Source: a virus
Taxonomy: Duplodnaviria > Caudoviricetes
Virus record (IMG/VR): IMGVR_UViG_3300030098_003463
Location: 1-52,563 of that record
Strand: one strand, 5' to 3'
DNA: 52,563 nucleotides
The notes under the pieces are model-generated. The model searched no databases. It was given only the letters and a program-made list of their open reading frames with translations, and was not told where the DNA came from. Of this stretch, positions 9,634 through 19,995 are shown piece after piece. Position 1 is the first letter of the stretch, and each line of letters opens with the position of its first letter. Made by a program: the position numbers and the translations under genes.

Positions 9634-9921
9634 CTAAAATGCTCCAAGGACATGTGCGGTAAAAGTATACGTTCCACTGTCAGCAGTAGTCGATACCCGA
9701 ACACTTCCATTGGTCGAAGTGCCACCAGTTGATGTGTTTAGCACTACCTGTGGAGTAGCCGCATCTTCTGCTGGAGTGGAAATGCTGCAAGAGTATACAT
9801 ACCCTGTCTCTGGAACTAATACGATGTGACTATCGTCCTGTTCTCCCGTAAAAGAACCTGTTAAAACAACGTGTTCGCCTACAGGGGCAATAGTATCAAT
9901 AGTCGTAGTTAGTGCTGCCAT
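9634..9921 (-). CDS. Small Thr/Ser-rich head-associated protein
   Basis: Directly after the MCP, GGAGG RBS. Confidence 0.55.
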   Translation of the reverse strand: MAALTTTIDTIAPVGEHVVLTGSFTGEQDDSHIVLVPETGYVYSCSISTPAEDAATPQVVLNTSTGGTSTNGSVRVSTTADSGTYTFTAHVLGAF

Positions 9922-9937
9922 GACAACCTCCTACCTA

Positions 9938-10933
9938 TTAAGAGATGCCAGCCAAAACACCAAGCTTGCGCCTGTTGTTGACTGCCAAATTGCCCTGAAA
10001 CAATATTTGAGCAACAAGGGCATCTTGGTCGATGGGCTTCTGGAAGCCTTCATCAGTCATAGCAAAATTAGCTTTGCCATGAATGAACATCATAATATGG
10101 GCAGAGTTTAGCATATACATTGTGCCGCTAGTGCAATAGTCATCAAAGACAACTTCTGCACCCTTAAACTTCAATGTATCAATGCCAGCGTCAGCACCAC
10201 CAGAAGGATTCTGTTCGTAACGTACGCGAGGCGAAATCAAGGCTTCCAAAGCTTCATGTACGGTCTGAGTTGTTACAATATAATCAGGCGTAGAAGAAAC
10301 ACCTTCTGAACCCTTAGAACAACTATTGTAAACAGTACGCATATTAGAAACTAAATTAGAAGCAGCAGCCCCCACGCTAGCCACTGAACGATTGCGCCAC
10401 GAAGTGTTTGTAGCAGGATCAATCGAAGCATACGTGGTTGTAGCAGGAGTCTGGTCAACAGCAGCAGTTAAGCCCGTAAGCTGCTTGCTGCCAGAACCAG
10501 TGCCATCGCTAAAAATACCAGTAGCAACGCCATCACCCAAGGAAAGTTCAGCTTGTCGAATCTTTTCTTGCATAATGTCGTTGATCTGAGCCGGACCTTG
10601 GTTTTGACGCAAAGTTAGACCGTCGATGGCAATGCCAACTGCGCCCTGCTTCCACGTATACCATGCCGTAGTCTGCCCAATAGAAGGAGTTATGCTTAGT
10701 GGATCAAGCCCATAATACCACTTAAAAGTGTTATTTTTTCCAGTCATAACTGGAATGCGAATGCGCTCACCACCTTGAAGAACCTTGATACGATTGCCAG
10801 ACTTAAACCAAGATAGCGTCTTAGCCATTTCATAGACGTTATCCTGAATGGCACCAGACGAAAGAATTTCGTCCAACGTCATCGTAAGCAAAGGTCCATA
10901 TGTGCGACTTAGGGTCGATTCTCCCGTAGCCAT
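9938..10933 (-). CDS. Major capsid protein (HK97 fold)
   Basis: 331 aa; 'GGERIRIPV', 'FSDGTG...QLTGL', 'LKFKGAEVVFD', 'GNLAVNNRR'; follows scaffold. Confidence 0.88.
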   Translation of the reverse strand: MATGESTLSRTYGPLLTMTLDEILSSGAIQDNVYEMAKTLSWFKSGNRIKVLQGGERIRIPVMTGKNNTFKWYYGLDPLSITPSIGQTTAWYTWKQGAVGIAIDGLTLRQNQGPAQINDIMQEKIRQAELSLGDGVATGIFSDGTGSGSKQLTGLTAAVDQTPATTTYASIDPATNTSWRNRSVASVGAAASNLVSNMRTVYNSCSKGSEGVSSTPDYIVTTQTVHEALEALISPRVRYEQNPSGGADAGIDTLKFKGAEVVFDDYCTSGTMYMLNSAHIMMFIHGKANFAMTDEGFQKPIDQDALVAQILFQGNLAVNNRRKLGVLAGIS

Positions 10934-10961
10934 AATGGAATTGCTCCCGTTCTATTAATTG

Positions 10962-11864
10962 TTAACTGTTAAAAGTCTTCCAAGACTTAAGGACTGCTTT
11001 CGATACAATATCGCTAAGGTCATCGTCCTCTTGTCGTATAGATGGTTCTTGCGCTGGAGCGTTAGAAGAACGATTGTGAGAACCAGAAGCTCTCGCTACT
11101 CTTTGCGCTCTATTGCCATTGCCACCTTCAGAAAGACCCCTTTCATACTCGCTTTGCATCATTTTATCGTGATTATAAAGGATGTAAAGTTGATTAGGCG
11201 TAATGCCCTCATCTGGCGAACGCATAGATTTAAAAAGGTCACGAACTCCTTCGTATATTTCAGGATTCCAAACAAATTTTTCTCCATCCATACTTCCAAA
11301 GTCCTCTCCCCATTTATCTACGCCTTCCGTAATTGCGCCCATAGTCATTTCCATAGAGCGTTTATTACGTTCTTCAGCATCCAATTCATCTTTAGATACA
11401 AGGCCAAGTTCTTCTACGTATGCGTCAAACATATCACGCTGTTGCTTGGGCATACGTTGCAACATTTGTTGCCGACGAACATCTGCAGGATCTGGCTTTT
11501 CAGGTTCTTTAACCGCATCTTCTAATTTAGCAAGTCGCTGTTCAAGTTCCCTATTTGCATTACCCTGCTGACTTATTGTTCTTTGAAACTGTTTAACCAG
11601 TTCCGCACCACCGGGAAGAGCGTCAGCATTCTTTTCCAGATAGTCCAGCAACTCTTGTCGGCTAGGAGTTTTCTCCGCACCATTAGAATGTTCTGAGGGT
11701 CCGTTGCCGGGATCAGGGTCATTCGATGCGTTACCGTTGCCGGGGGTAGTGCCATTCCCCTTTGCTGCTACTACGGAGTCAATTGCTTCTTTGTTCATGG
11801 CAGACTGAAGCTGCTCAAGCTCATCAAAAGCATTGGACGTATTAGCAGACGCGATTTCAGTCAT
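10962..11864 (-). CDS. Capsid scaffolding protein (putative)
   Basis: Acidic, helical/coiled, immediately upstream of the MCP. Confidence 0.65.
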   Translation of the reverse strand: MTEIASANTSNAFDELEQLQSAMNKEAIDSVVAAKGNGTTPGNGNASNDPDPGNGPSEHSNGAEKTPSRQELLDYLEKNADALPGGAELVKQFQRTISQQGNANRELEQRLAKLEDAVKEPEKPDPADVRRQQMLQRMPKQQRDMFDAYVEELGLVSKDELDAEERNKRSMEMTMGAITEGVDKWGEDFGSMDGEKFVWNPEIYEGVRDLFKSMRSPDEGITPNQLYILYNHDKMMQSEYERGLSEGGNGNRAQRVARASGSHNRSSNAPAQEPSIRQEDDDLSDIVSKAVLKSWKTFNS

Positions 11865-11883
11865 TTCTTGTTCTCCTTGAGGG

Positions 11884-12342
11884 TTACTTTATATTGGGCA
11901 AATCAGACGCACGTTTAACTTCTTCTACAGATTGTCCATCTTTGTTTTCTGTGCTTACTACAAAATTATGTTTGTCTTCTTCTCTTTTTTCTTCTTCTCT
12001 TCTATAGTCGTCTATGCTGCGCCCTGAAAGTTTTTCCACGGGCTTTATATTTTCAGGAGCAGAAGAATCATAATTTCTTGCCCCATGAACTTTGTCGCCA
12101 GCTTCAATAACATTTAAGGCTTTCATTACCTGTTGTTTATGTCTGCGCCCATGAATATCTACGTTTAGAGACTCATCGTAATACGACTCAAAAGGTTGAA
12201 ATCCTTTAATGGCACTGACAGGAAACTGCAAAGATGCAATGCTGCCGCACTGACATTTAATGTTTTGTTTTTTGTCTGCAAATGAAACTACAACTTCAAT
12301 AGTTTTATTGCAGGAATTGCATTTGTAATCATATAGAGGCAT
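11884..12342 (-). CDS. FmdB-like zinc-ribbon protein
   Basis: MPLYDYKCNSC...CQCG motif, common in phage head modules. Confidence 0.8.
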   Translation of the reverse strand: MPLYDYKCNSCNKTIEVVVSFADKKQNIKCQCGSIASLQFPVSAIKGFQPFESYYDESLNVDIHGRRHKQQVMKALNVIEAGDKVHGARNYDSSAPENIKPVEKLSGRSIDDYRREEEKREEDKHNFVVSTENKDGQSVEEVKRASDLPNIK

Positions 12343-12346
12343 TAAT

Positions 12347-12820
12347 TTATCCTATGGGTAAGACTAAGGCACTCATGTCATTGTCAGCAGACTGCTGCAT
12401 AGAAGGACCACCACCAAAACCAGCACGTTCTTCTGCGCGATCACCATTAGGAAGAATGCCAGACTTTTCCATTTTTTGCAAAAGTCGCGGCATTACTTGA
12501 AGTTCTTCCATTGTAAATCCATTTAAAAGATCTGCTGGTATGCCAAAATTCTTTGTAATTTTGCTTTGCGCTGCATCCATAGCTGCTCTTGATTGATCTG
12601 CAGTGTCCATTCCTTGCGGTTTTGGTGTGCCAGCAGGAGCCATTCGTGATGGCGCAGCCATTGGCTTGCGTCTACCAGCAGGAGCTTTAGGCATTGGCCT
12701 CGCAGGTTTAGCTCGTTTAGCAGCAGGAGCCGCAGCAGGTCTTTGTGCAGAACGAGCAGCAGGGGCTGCAGGAGCAGATTGCCCACGTGCAGGTACTTGT
12801 ATCTTACGGCCATATGCCAT
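12347..12820 (-). CDS. Ala/Pro/Arg-rich hypothetical protein
   Basis: 157-aa ORF translationally coupled to the upstream gene. Confidence 0.65.
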   Translation of the reverse strand: MAYGRKIQVPARGQSAPAAPAARSAQRPAAAPAAKRAKPARPMPKAPAGRRKPMAAPSRMAPAGTPKPQGMDTADQSRAAMDAAQSKITKNFGIPADLLNGFTMEELQVMPRLLQKMEKSGILPNGDRAEERAGFGGGPSMQQSADNDMSALVLPIG

Positions 12821-15012
12821 TATTTAGCTCCAACTCGTAAAGGCCCACGATTTAATGGGCGAGTAGTATATGGTAAAACTTCTACGCTAGACCCAACCTG
12901 CAAATAATTAGCAAGGTCTAATAAATCTTTTTCCATAAAACGCACACAACCATGAGAAACAAAACCTTGATTTTTAAAACCAGTGCCAGTTTCTTTTACG
13001 TCTTTAGCGGCATGAGGTCCATGCAAACCATAGCTATCCCAATCAAGCCCCATCCACACAGGTCCATAGCTGCCTTCTATTTTATCGTAAGAAACTTTAT
13101 TTATAATTTCAGAAGTGCCAGTAGGAGTAAAAAACTTTTTTCCATATCGGGTTCCTGTAGTGTCACCTGTTCCTACTGCGTATTCTTTAATTTTCATTCC
13201 TTGCGAGTCAAACAACTTAGCTATGTTTGTGTTTGGATTTATTTGTATTCGATATGGAGGCTCTGGTTCAGTAGATGCTTGTTCTTCAAAAGATTCGGAA
13301 GTTACAACAATTTGTCCTGTTGGCGATTTCCAATCTGCTCCAATTGCTTCTTGTGTTTTTATCACCATATCAGAAGCGACGGGATTATCTTTTACTCTAG
13401 ACGTATCCGTTAATTTGTCTGCTTTTGACTTAAACGGCAACTCTATAGGCTCTGGATTGTCTACTGGTGCTGGAGTTTTAGGATTAGTTAGTTGATCTAT
13501 AATTACTGGATCTTCTACATCAACCTCTAATTGCGGCGTTTCTTCTGTATCTAGATTTTCTGGTGGAGTGCCTTCAAATCTTTCGGATTCTATCTTTACC
13601 TTAGAATCCGCGTTTTCTTTTTCAGTGTCTGGAGTTGCTAGAAGTACATAGGTTTCATTTGTTTTGGGATCTATCCACATGCTTCTACGGCTAGTTCTTC
13701 CTTGTGCTTCTCCAACGACTTTGGCATACTGCGATCTAGCGTTTGACATAGCCTTATCAACGCCAATTTGAAGATCCCTGCTCTTGCCCTTTCCTACATA
13801 CATACCAGAAGGAGGACTATCAACCCAATTTGGCTTTGGCCCAGATGGATCTACCATCTGGGTTTCACCTTCGTAATCTTTTAGGCTTCGTGCTGGAGGA
13901 ACATCTGTCATATCCACTTCTGATGGCAATTCTTCTTTCTCTGGCTTGTATCTCATGTAAGTAGTGCCATCTTTAGGATCGGTCCAATATTCTTGAGCCG
14001 CAAACGACCCATACCCTTCTGCGCGATTCATTGCCATACTTCTAGCGGTGGAACGAAGTAGCCCCGGCTTACTTTTTCCTACACCGGGATCATTGATCCA
14101 TGCTGGTGGAGCATCCTCATCTTCCCCATCAAACATTCCAGCAACGCTTTTTGCTGCTCCTGCCACTGCCCCTCCCACTTTTCCCAAAAAACTTTTGCCC
14201 TTTTTTTCTGGCTTTCCGATAGAAGATGGCCTACGAATTACCTCTGTTTTTGGTGTTGCTTCTTCTTCCATGTCTACCCATTCGCCTCCTTCTCTACGAA
14301 CAGGCGTTTGAGTAAACTTGTAATCTGAAGGCTCTCCTCTTTTACGTCTATATTCAACCTTTACACTTGTAGCAGTGTCTCCTTCTTTATAGGGATCTAT
14401 GACAGGCGGCAAGTCTTCTTCCATTGGAACAACAGGCGACTTGTATCTTGCACTAGCCTTAGTTTCACGCGCTTTGGTTGAAGAAGCACCGCTAGACATT
14501 GTAGGCCGTCTTTTACTTATTACTTGTTGAGTAGCATCATCCGTATCCCGTCTACGGCTTATAACTGGCTCAGTGGTTGTAGGCTGTCTACGGCTTATAA
14601 CTGGCTTAGTAGTTGTAGGTTGGCTACGACTTATAGCTGGCTCAGTGGTTGTAAGTTGTCTACGGATGGAAGATGGCCTACGAAAATCTCTTTGCCCTTT
14701 AACAACAGCAGGTTTTGTTGTTTCTTCTTCTGTTTCTACTGGTTGTTTTACGGGCGGTTCTGGAGTAGAATCCCATTCTGTCCCTTCCCAAGGGTCAACG
14801 TATTTTTCTGGTTCTTTTGGTGCTACCGTGGTTGGAATAACCCGATTTGTTGTAACTCTTCCACCAGACACAATTTTAGCTGAAACCCCACCATCTTTGT
14901 TGCGATCTATAACCCATTCTTCGCCCTCATCAAGTGTTCCTAAGTTTTTTTCTAACCAAGGAAGTAAACCTTGTAGGTCTTCGTCAGACAAAGAATACGA
15001 CTTAAATCTCAT
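12820..15012 (-). CDS. Low-complexity protein with C-terminal L,D-transpeptidase (YkuD-like) domain
   Basis: 'YAVGTG..TPTG..YGPVWMGL..YGLHG..SHGCVRF..VGSSVEV' = YkuD HxxxSHGC catalytic signature. Confidence 0.85.
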   Translation of the reverse strand: MRFKSYSLSDEDLQGLLPWLEKNLGTLDEGEEWVIDRNKDGGVSAKIVSGGRVTTNRVIPTTVAPKEPEKYVDPWEGTEWDSTPEPPVKQPVETEEETTKPAVVKGQRDFRRPSSIRRQLTTTEPAISRSQPTTTKPVISRRQPTTTEPVISRRRDTDDATQQVISKRRPTMSSGASSTKARETKASARYKSPVVPMEEDLPPVIDPYKEGDTATSVKVEYRRKRGEPSDYKFTQTPVRREGGEWVDMEEEATPKTEVIRRPSSIGKPEKKGKSFLGKVGGAVAGAAKSVAGMFDGEDEDAPPAWINDPGVGKSKPGLLRSTARSMAMNRAEGYGSFAAQEYWTDPKDGTTYMRYKPEKEELPSEVDMTDVPPARSLKDYEGETQMVDPSGPKPNWVDSPPSGMYVGKGKSRDLQIGVDKAMSNARSQYAKVVGEAQGRTSRRSMWIDPKTNETYVLLATPDTEKENADSKVKIESERFEGTPPENLDTEETPQLEVDVEDPVIIDQLTNPKTPAPVDNPEPIELPFKSKADKLTDTSRVKDNPVASDMVIKTQEAIGADWKSPTGQIVVTSESFEEQASTEPEPPYRIQINPNTNIAKLFDSQGMKIKEYAVGTGDTTGTRYGKKFFTPTGTSEIINKVSYDKIEGSYGPVWMGLDWDSYGLHGPHAAKDVKETGTGFKNQGFVSHGCVRFMEKDLLDLANYLQVGSSVEVLPYTTRPLNRGPLRVGAK
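14548..14660 (-). repeat. 3x ~36-nt in-frame tandem repeat (TTT[EK]P[AV]ISRxQP)
   Basis: Directly visible in both DNA and protein. Confidence 0.85.
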
Positions 15013-15014
15013 AA

Positions 15015-17096
15015 CTATTGTCCTTCTGCAGTACCTCGCGCTATGGCACTATTAGGCCCAGTGCCGCCTCTGTCCACCCTCATAGCATCACCTTGAATAG
15101 CGGATTCCGTAGGAGGGGAGGATTCGGGTGAAGGGCTTTGTCCTCCACCTCCTGCGGCAAGGGCAGCTAAAGCAGATTGGTTGATGCCACCCCCTTCTGG
15201 ACTAGCACCGGGATCAATAACGTCAGGCGTAACATTAGCAAGAAAAGGCAAAATGCGCTCTGGGTCTTGTATACGGTAGCCCCGTATTAATAAATCTTTA
15301 ACCAGTTCCCCTACGTCAATTCCAACGCCATTATTTGCTTGCATAATTAACTGATTGACAGGACCAGCCGCTAAATTAATTAAATCTAAAAATTGTTTGC
15401 GTTCGACTGCTGTAGCAGTGGCGGCTGAAGAAACATTTATTTCAAATTGATACTCCCCTTGGGCAAGTTCTTCTGTAATGTTAGTAAACTCAGAAGAACG
15501 AGGATCTATTAGAAATAAACGATCTGGCCTAAACTCTGTAGTTAGTTGCCAAAACTTACGAGCTTTTCGCACTTGATAAGCAGCAAACTTTTCTGCTCTT
15601 TCATCTTCTCTAGCGGTGTTACGGCGATCTTGAATATTAGCTTCAGTTGCAGAGTCAGAACGTGGCATAGAAATAGGTTGCGGAGTGCCATTAGCTCTAT
15701 CAAACATTGATTGTACAATCCGTAATATTTCACCCTTTTCAGGTGGAATGTCTCCAAATTGTATTGCTTGAATTGCTCTGCCTTGCGCCTCTACCAACCC
15801 TTCAACTTCAAAAGACTCCATGTCTTCTGCTTCAAGAATAGCATCTATTTCTTCTTCTCTAATGTAGCGAGGATCATACAGAAATAGATTTTTTTGCTTG
15901 CGAATAACAGATAGATAAGAGTCAAGTATTTCATTTACAAGACTTTGCATAGAGTCAGCACCGCCCATAATTAGCGGTCCCTTAGTATGCCAGTCTACAA
16001 CGCCATCTGCTAACGAAAGAATTTCACAAGGAAAATCTTCTAATGAAGACATAGGCCACTCGTCTTCATAGCGCAAAAATTTATTGTGGGTTTTACAAAT
16101 GTCTAACCACAAATTTTGTTTTTGGTTTTGGCCTACAATGTGGCCTTTAGCAAAAATCTCATATCCTTCTACAAGGCCAAAGTCATCAACCTCCATACCA
16201 TCAGGTATTTCGGGCGCATCTTCCATGCGAAAATTTGGCTCTAATCCAGTTGTATCTAAACTGCCTTGATATACAATTTCATCAATGTGCTTTACATAAC
16301 GAAAAGCAATCCACTTGGCGTCACGCAATCCATCAGAAGCCATTGGATCAATGATAATATCTCCAGCTTTCCAATGAACTGCGTAAGGACACTCCCATTT
16401 AATAGTGGTGTTTTTATCTGGAGTGCTTAATTCAAGAAAGTGGCGATGATCTTTGATGTGAGACTCAAGGATAGCTGCTCGTTCTGGAGAAGTATTAGGC
16501 TGTTGCAGAAACCGTGTATGTGCTTCTATGTGAGCAACGTGATTCTGATCTGGCAAAACTGTTGTAATTTCACCAGAAATTAGAAACAACGACTCATCTA
16601 CAGGGTCATCTATAACTCTGCCGGGATTTATAGCAGGGTCTGAGATAACTAAACCTTCTATGTCTGCGATGTAACCTATTTTACTACCACCAAAAGGACA
16701 GACATAAGCATCCAGCAAAGTCTTTTTATCATGCACTAACTGGTCTGTTTCTCTATACCAATAGTCTGAAATTTTAGAAACAATGCGTTCAGAGCCTATA
16801 CCAGCCTTATTAAAAGGATGCGTAGTAAACGTAGGATCGTGAGCAGCTATGTTGGCAATTGATTGGTCTAGATAACCAAAAACAATATTGGCTTTGTTGC
16901 GAACACCGGGGTCAGTGGTGTCTCCCATATTGTATCTGACTTCTTCTTTTTCTCTAGTAGTTGCAGCTTCATTGTTATACTGCGCTACTAAAATTTTAGA
17001 AGGTTCAAACACAGGCCGCCAATATTCTATGGCATGGTCTAGCTTGCGTTTCCACCAGTTTAGCTGACCGCTTTTGTCTTTAGGGTATGTTACCAT
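15015..17096 (-). CDS. Portal protein
   Basis: 693 aa downstream of the terminase; 'SATEANIQ' and 'GEYQFEINV' motifs of P22-like portals. Confidence 0.8.
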   Translation of the reverse strand: MVTYPKDKSGQLNWWKRKLDHAIEYWRPVFEPSKILVAQYNNEAATTREKEEVRYNMGDTTDPGVRNKANIVFGYLDQSIANIAAHDPTFTTHPFNKAGIGSERIVSKISDYWYRETDQLVHDKKTLLDAYVCPFGGSKIGYIADIEGLVISDPAINPGRVIDDPVDESLFLISGEITTVLPDQNHVAHIEAHTRFLQQPNTSPERAAILESHIKDHRHFLELSTPDKNTTIKWECPYAVHWKAGDIIIDPMASDGLRDAKWIAFRYVKHIDEIVYQGSLDTTGLEPNFRMEDAPEIPDGMEVDDFGLVEGYEIFAKGHIVGQNQKQNLWLDICKTHNKFLRYEDEWPMSSLEDFPCEILSLADGVVDWHTKGPLIMGGADSMQSLVNEILDSYLSVIRKQKNLFLYDPRYIREEEIDAILEAEDMESFEVEGLVEAQGRAIQAIQFGDIPPEKGEILRIVQSMFDRANGTPQPISMPRSDSATEANIQDRRNTAREDERAEKFAAYQVRKARKFWQLTTEFRPDRLFLIDPRSSEFTNITEELAQGEYQFEINVSSAATATAVERKQFLDLINLAAGPVNQLIMQANNGVGIDVGELVKDLLIRGYRIQDPERILPFLANVTPDVIDPGASPEGGGINQSALAALAAGGGGQSPSPESSPPTESAIQGDAMRVDRGGTGPNSAIARGTAEGQ

Positions 17097-17362
17097 TTTA
17101 CTTTATTAGCCCAATAAGCAGCAGACATATTGCCTTTAGCAATATTTTTTGCGTGTCTAGCTTTGAAACTTTTGCGTCTAGCTTTTTGTTTTTTAGTAGA
17201 AGGACTACTGCCAGCACCGCTGACCCCTTGCTGCCCAAAGCGTATCAACTTTACTTTGTCACCCTTTTTTGCTAAAACAGCATGAGATTTTTTAGGATGT
17301 TTAGGAGTGCGCTTGGGTTTATTGTATCCCGAAAATGTTATGCCACCCCTTTTAATAGCCAT
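17090..17362 (-). CDS. Small basic conserved phage protein
   Basis: 'GYNKPKRTP.HPKKSHAVLAK...RFGQQG...SFKARH...SAAYWA' is a widespread phage family. Confidence 0.8.
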   Translation of the reverse strand: MAIKRGGITFSGYNKPKRTPKHPKKSHAVLAKKGDKVKLIRFGQQGVSGAGSSPSTKKQKARRKSFKARHAKNIAKGNMSAAYWANKVKW

Positions 17363-17367
17363 TGCTA

Positions 17368-17496
17368 TTAATATCCCATTTTCTTAGCTGATCTCTTAGG
17401 TGCCTTCTTCTTCTTTTTCTTCTTTTTCTTTGCAGCAGCCGCTGCCTTTTTTCCTGCAGCAGTATACGGATACATTTTATTTCCAACGCGAGGCAT
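17368..17496 (-). CDS. Very small Lys-rich protein (42 aa)
   Basis: MPRVGNKMYPYTAAGKKAAAAAKKK..., AGGAG RBS; below the ORF-track cutoff. Confidence 0.7.
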   Translation of the reverse strand: MPRVGNKMYPYTAAGKKAAAAAKKKKKKKKKAPKRSAKKMGY

Positions 17497-17529
17497 AGCC
17501 AAACTCCTATTTATAGGTGGTTAATATAA

Positions 17530-17558
17530 ATTATCTGTAAAACTCCCGGTCATCGCAA
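17530..17558 (-). promoter_or_regulatory. Sigma70-like promoter
   Basis: TTGCGA-17bp-GATAAT upstream of the small basic genes and portal. Confidence 0.45.
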
Positions 17559-17573
17559 CTATTATTTTTCTTG

Positions 17574-19181
17574 TTAGATGTCTACTAATGCCCAATAATC
17601 TTCGTCTGGCGGTAATTCTAACGGTTGATGATTACCAATGATAGGTGCCTCATTAAATACAAGCTTGCCCCTACTACGGCGTTCTGAGCGGTAAATGATC
17701 TCATCAAACGTATAATTTCGTGGAGTCCACTCTTCTCTGGGAGAAGCAGGGACGCTACCCCCTCTGAGTTTTTCTAATGCTAATCCCAACAAAGAAAAAC
17801 AATCTACTTCATCATCATGTTTAAAAGTTGGAAACTTGATAAGCGTTTCTTGTACGTCAGCAACCCAAAAACGATCTTTGGGAAAAAATACCTTTCCTTC
17901 TTGCGCCCTACCCTGTATTGCTCTAGCGCGAACTGTTTTATCTTTTGAGGGAGTAAACTGTTCCCTAAAACAATAAACGCCTCTTTCTTTCATGCGCTGC
18001 GAAAGGAAAGGGCCAATAGAGTTAAGTATCTGGCCTCGCTCTTCGCACCACATAACTGGCTTCCATTTTACCATGAGATCAATACAAGACTCTATCCACT
18101 CGACAGGCTTTGCTCTTTTTTTCCAGACATCGCAAACATAAATATTTTCTTCTGTGTCTACAGCAAATATTATGTGGACCGTAAAGTCTGACCCTTTACG
18201 TTCAGAGGTAGCGTAGTCAGAGCATCCATAAAATCGCAACTCCGAAATGGGCGGCATATCTATTAGTTCATTGCGCCCATACGTATTAAACCAATCTATC
18301 TGAAAGTAATCACCATGATCTACAGTAGGAGACTGTTGATAGAGAGCTTGAAACTCACGATTCTGAAGAACTGATTCTATTTCTTTTAGTGCGGTAGTGT
18401 CATACCAGTCAGGCCAAAGAGCTTCTCCCGGCATACGGCCTAAAGGATCATCCTCTTTTGCAATAGCTGGTAGGTTTAGCGTTTCCCAAGCAGGAATATT
18501 AGGATCGTCTTCAGCTTGTTTTAACAGTCGCCCTGCAAGGTCATCGTCATGCCAGCGAGTCATAATCACAACAATAGACGCATGGGGCATTAAGCGAGTA
18601 AAGGCAGTAGAGCGATACCAGTTCCAAACCCTTTCCCTTTCCGCAAGGCTGTCTGCTTCTTCTCTATTTTTATGTGGATCGTCTATAAGAAGAATTTTAG
18701 CACCACGACCCGTAGTAGCAGTGCCAATACCTACAGCAAAGTATTCGCCCCTATGCCCTTCAATTTTCCATTTATGAGCGGCAGCAGCGTCAGTAGCAAG
18801 TTCTATCTCTGGAAAAATGCGCTTGTATTCTTCAGAGTCTACAATATTACGTACGTCGCGCCCAAAGTCAGAAGAAAGGTCTTGGCCGTAAGAAGCGGTA
18901 ATAATGGGATCGTCTGGGTGTCGCCCCATATACCAAGCAGGAAAACGGCGAGAAGCTAGCTCGCTTTTAGTGTGACGAGGTGGCATCGTAATCATTAACC
19001 TACGGCACTCGCCTCTTTCTACGCGCTCTAAAGCACTTGCAATTAATTCGTGATGAGCAGCTTGCTCAAAGTCAGGAAAAGTAGTTTTAGTAAAAGACAG
19101 AAGTTTGTTGGCGGCTTCGCGTCTTTTAAGAATTAATTGTGCAGCTTTTACCGCATCAAGTTGTTTCTGCGTATTGCTCAA
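17574..19181 (-). CDS. terL: Terminase large subunit
   Basis: 'MPPRHTKS' Walker A-like, 'LLIDDP' Walker B, 'MTRWHDDDLAG', nuclease 'SDFT...HDDEVD'. Confidence 0.95.
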   Translation of the reverse strand: MSNTQKQLDAVKAAQLILKRREAANKLLSFTKTTFPDFEQAAHHELIASALERVERGECRRLMITMPPRHTKSELASRRFPAWYMGRHPDDPIITASYGQDLSSDFGRDVRNIVDSEEYKRIFPEIELATDAAAAHKWKIEGHRGEYFAVGIGTATTGRGAKILLIDDPHKNREEADSLAERERVWNWYRSTAFTRLMPHASIVVIMTRWHDDDLAGRLLKQAEDDPNIPAWETLNLPAIAKEDDPLGRMPGEALWPDWYDTTALKEIESVLQNREFQALYQQSPTVDHGDYFQIDWFNTYGRNELIDMPPISELRFYGCSDYATSERKGSDFTVHIIFAVDTEENIYVCDVWKKRAKPVEWIESCIDLMVKWKPVMWCEERGQILNSIGPFLSQRMKERGVYCFREQFTPSKDKTVRARAIQGRAQEGKVFFPKDRFWVADVQETLIKFPTFKHDDEVDCFSLLGLALEKLRGGSVPASPREEWTPRNYTFDEIIYRSERRSRGKLVFNEAPIIGNHQPLELPPDEDYWALVDI

Positions 19182-19776
19182 TCTCGCCTTCCTGTGTGCC
19201 TATCTCTACACCTTCAGAAACATCAAACTCTGCAGGAACAGCATTTTGCTCTACAATTTTTAACAAAGCTTCTGTAGACATGTCATCCAGCGTTTTCTTT
19301 TCTTCTATTGTCTGATGAATAACCGCAGCTTTAGGAGCGTGTAAACCAAGTATTTTACAACGCTGGTCAATGCACCACTGGATTTTATCCAACCACTTGG
19401 TATCGCCAGCAGGACTAAAAGAATTAGTCTTTGAGGTAAAATTAGTATTGCCTGTGTTCATCTCTGTAGTAGAAGACTTGCCTTGCTGCGAAAGATGATA
19501 GCCTTCCCATGCTACTTTTTCTAAGTGGTCTACTTTCGCTAGCTGCGTAGCCTTGGCAGCATTAAAATCAAACAATGCTTGACTCTGCCACGTTTTTTGT
19601 AACTCTGCCAACGCTTTCTGCACTGTAGTGCGACTTATAGACAATTCTTCAGTCATTTCTTTTTGCGAACGACCTTTTAAATACATATCCGCTAATCGCG
19701 CTGTATCAAACGCTTTTTCTAAATTAGTTCGTTTTCTTTTTGGGTTAGTGCTAACAGGCTTTAGTCTACGAGGCAT
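19156..19776 (-). CDS. Terminase small subunit (putative, N-terminal HTH)
   Basis: HTH 'GRSQKEMTEELSISRTTV' and 'RCKILGLHAP'; overlaps the terL start. Confidence 0.7.
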   Translation of the reverse strand: MPRRLKPVSTNPKRKRTNLEKAFDTARLADMYLKGRSQKEMTEELSISRTTVQKALAELQKTWQSQALFDFNAAKATQLAKVDHLEKVAWEGYHLSQQGKSSTTEMNTGNTNFTSKTNSFSPAGDTKWLDKIQWCIDQRCKILGLHAPKAAVIHQTIEEKKTLDDMSTEALLKIVEQNAVPAEFDVSEGVEIGTQEGEIEQYAETT

Positions 19777-19990
19777 TGTCTATAACTCTTCTTAGGTCAC
19801 TGTAAGGAAAAACGGTTTGACAGGCTTTACAGACATACTCATACGTTTGTAGCTTCCATACGACTTGCGTTTCAGGATGATCGCAATCGTTAGACAAACT
19901 ACGCATAGCCATATGAGCATCAGGCCATTCTAAATAAACCTTACCTGCTGGATAAGATCCGTAAACATATGGAACGTATTTTTCTAACAA
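19766..19990 (-). CDS. Small Zn-finger-like protein
   Basis: CDH...CKAC; start codon uncertain. Confidence 0.45.
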   Translation of the reverse strand: MLEKYVPYVYGSYPAGKVYLEWPDAHMAMRSLSNDCDHPETQVVWKLQTYEYVCKACQTVFPYSDLRRVIDNAS

Positions 19991-19995
19991 AACAT

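Noticed and set aside
14548-14660. CRISPR-like ~36-nt periodicity
   Set aside because: In-frame coding tandem repeat without unique spacers.
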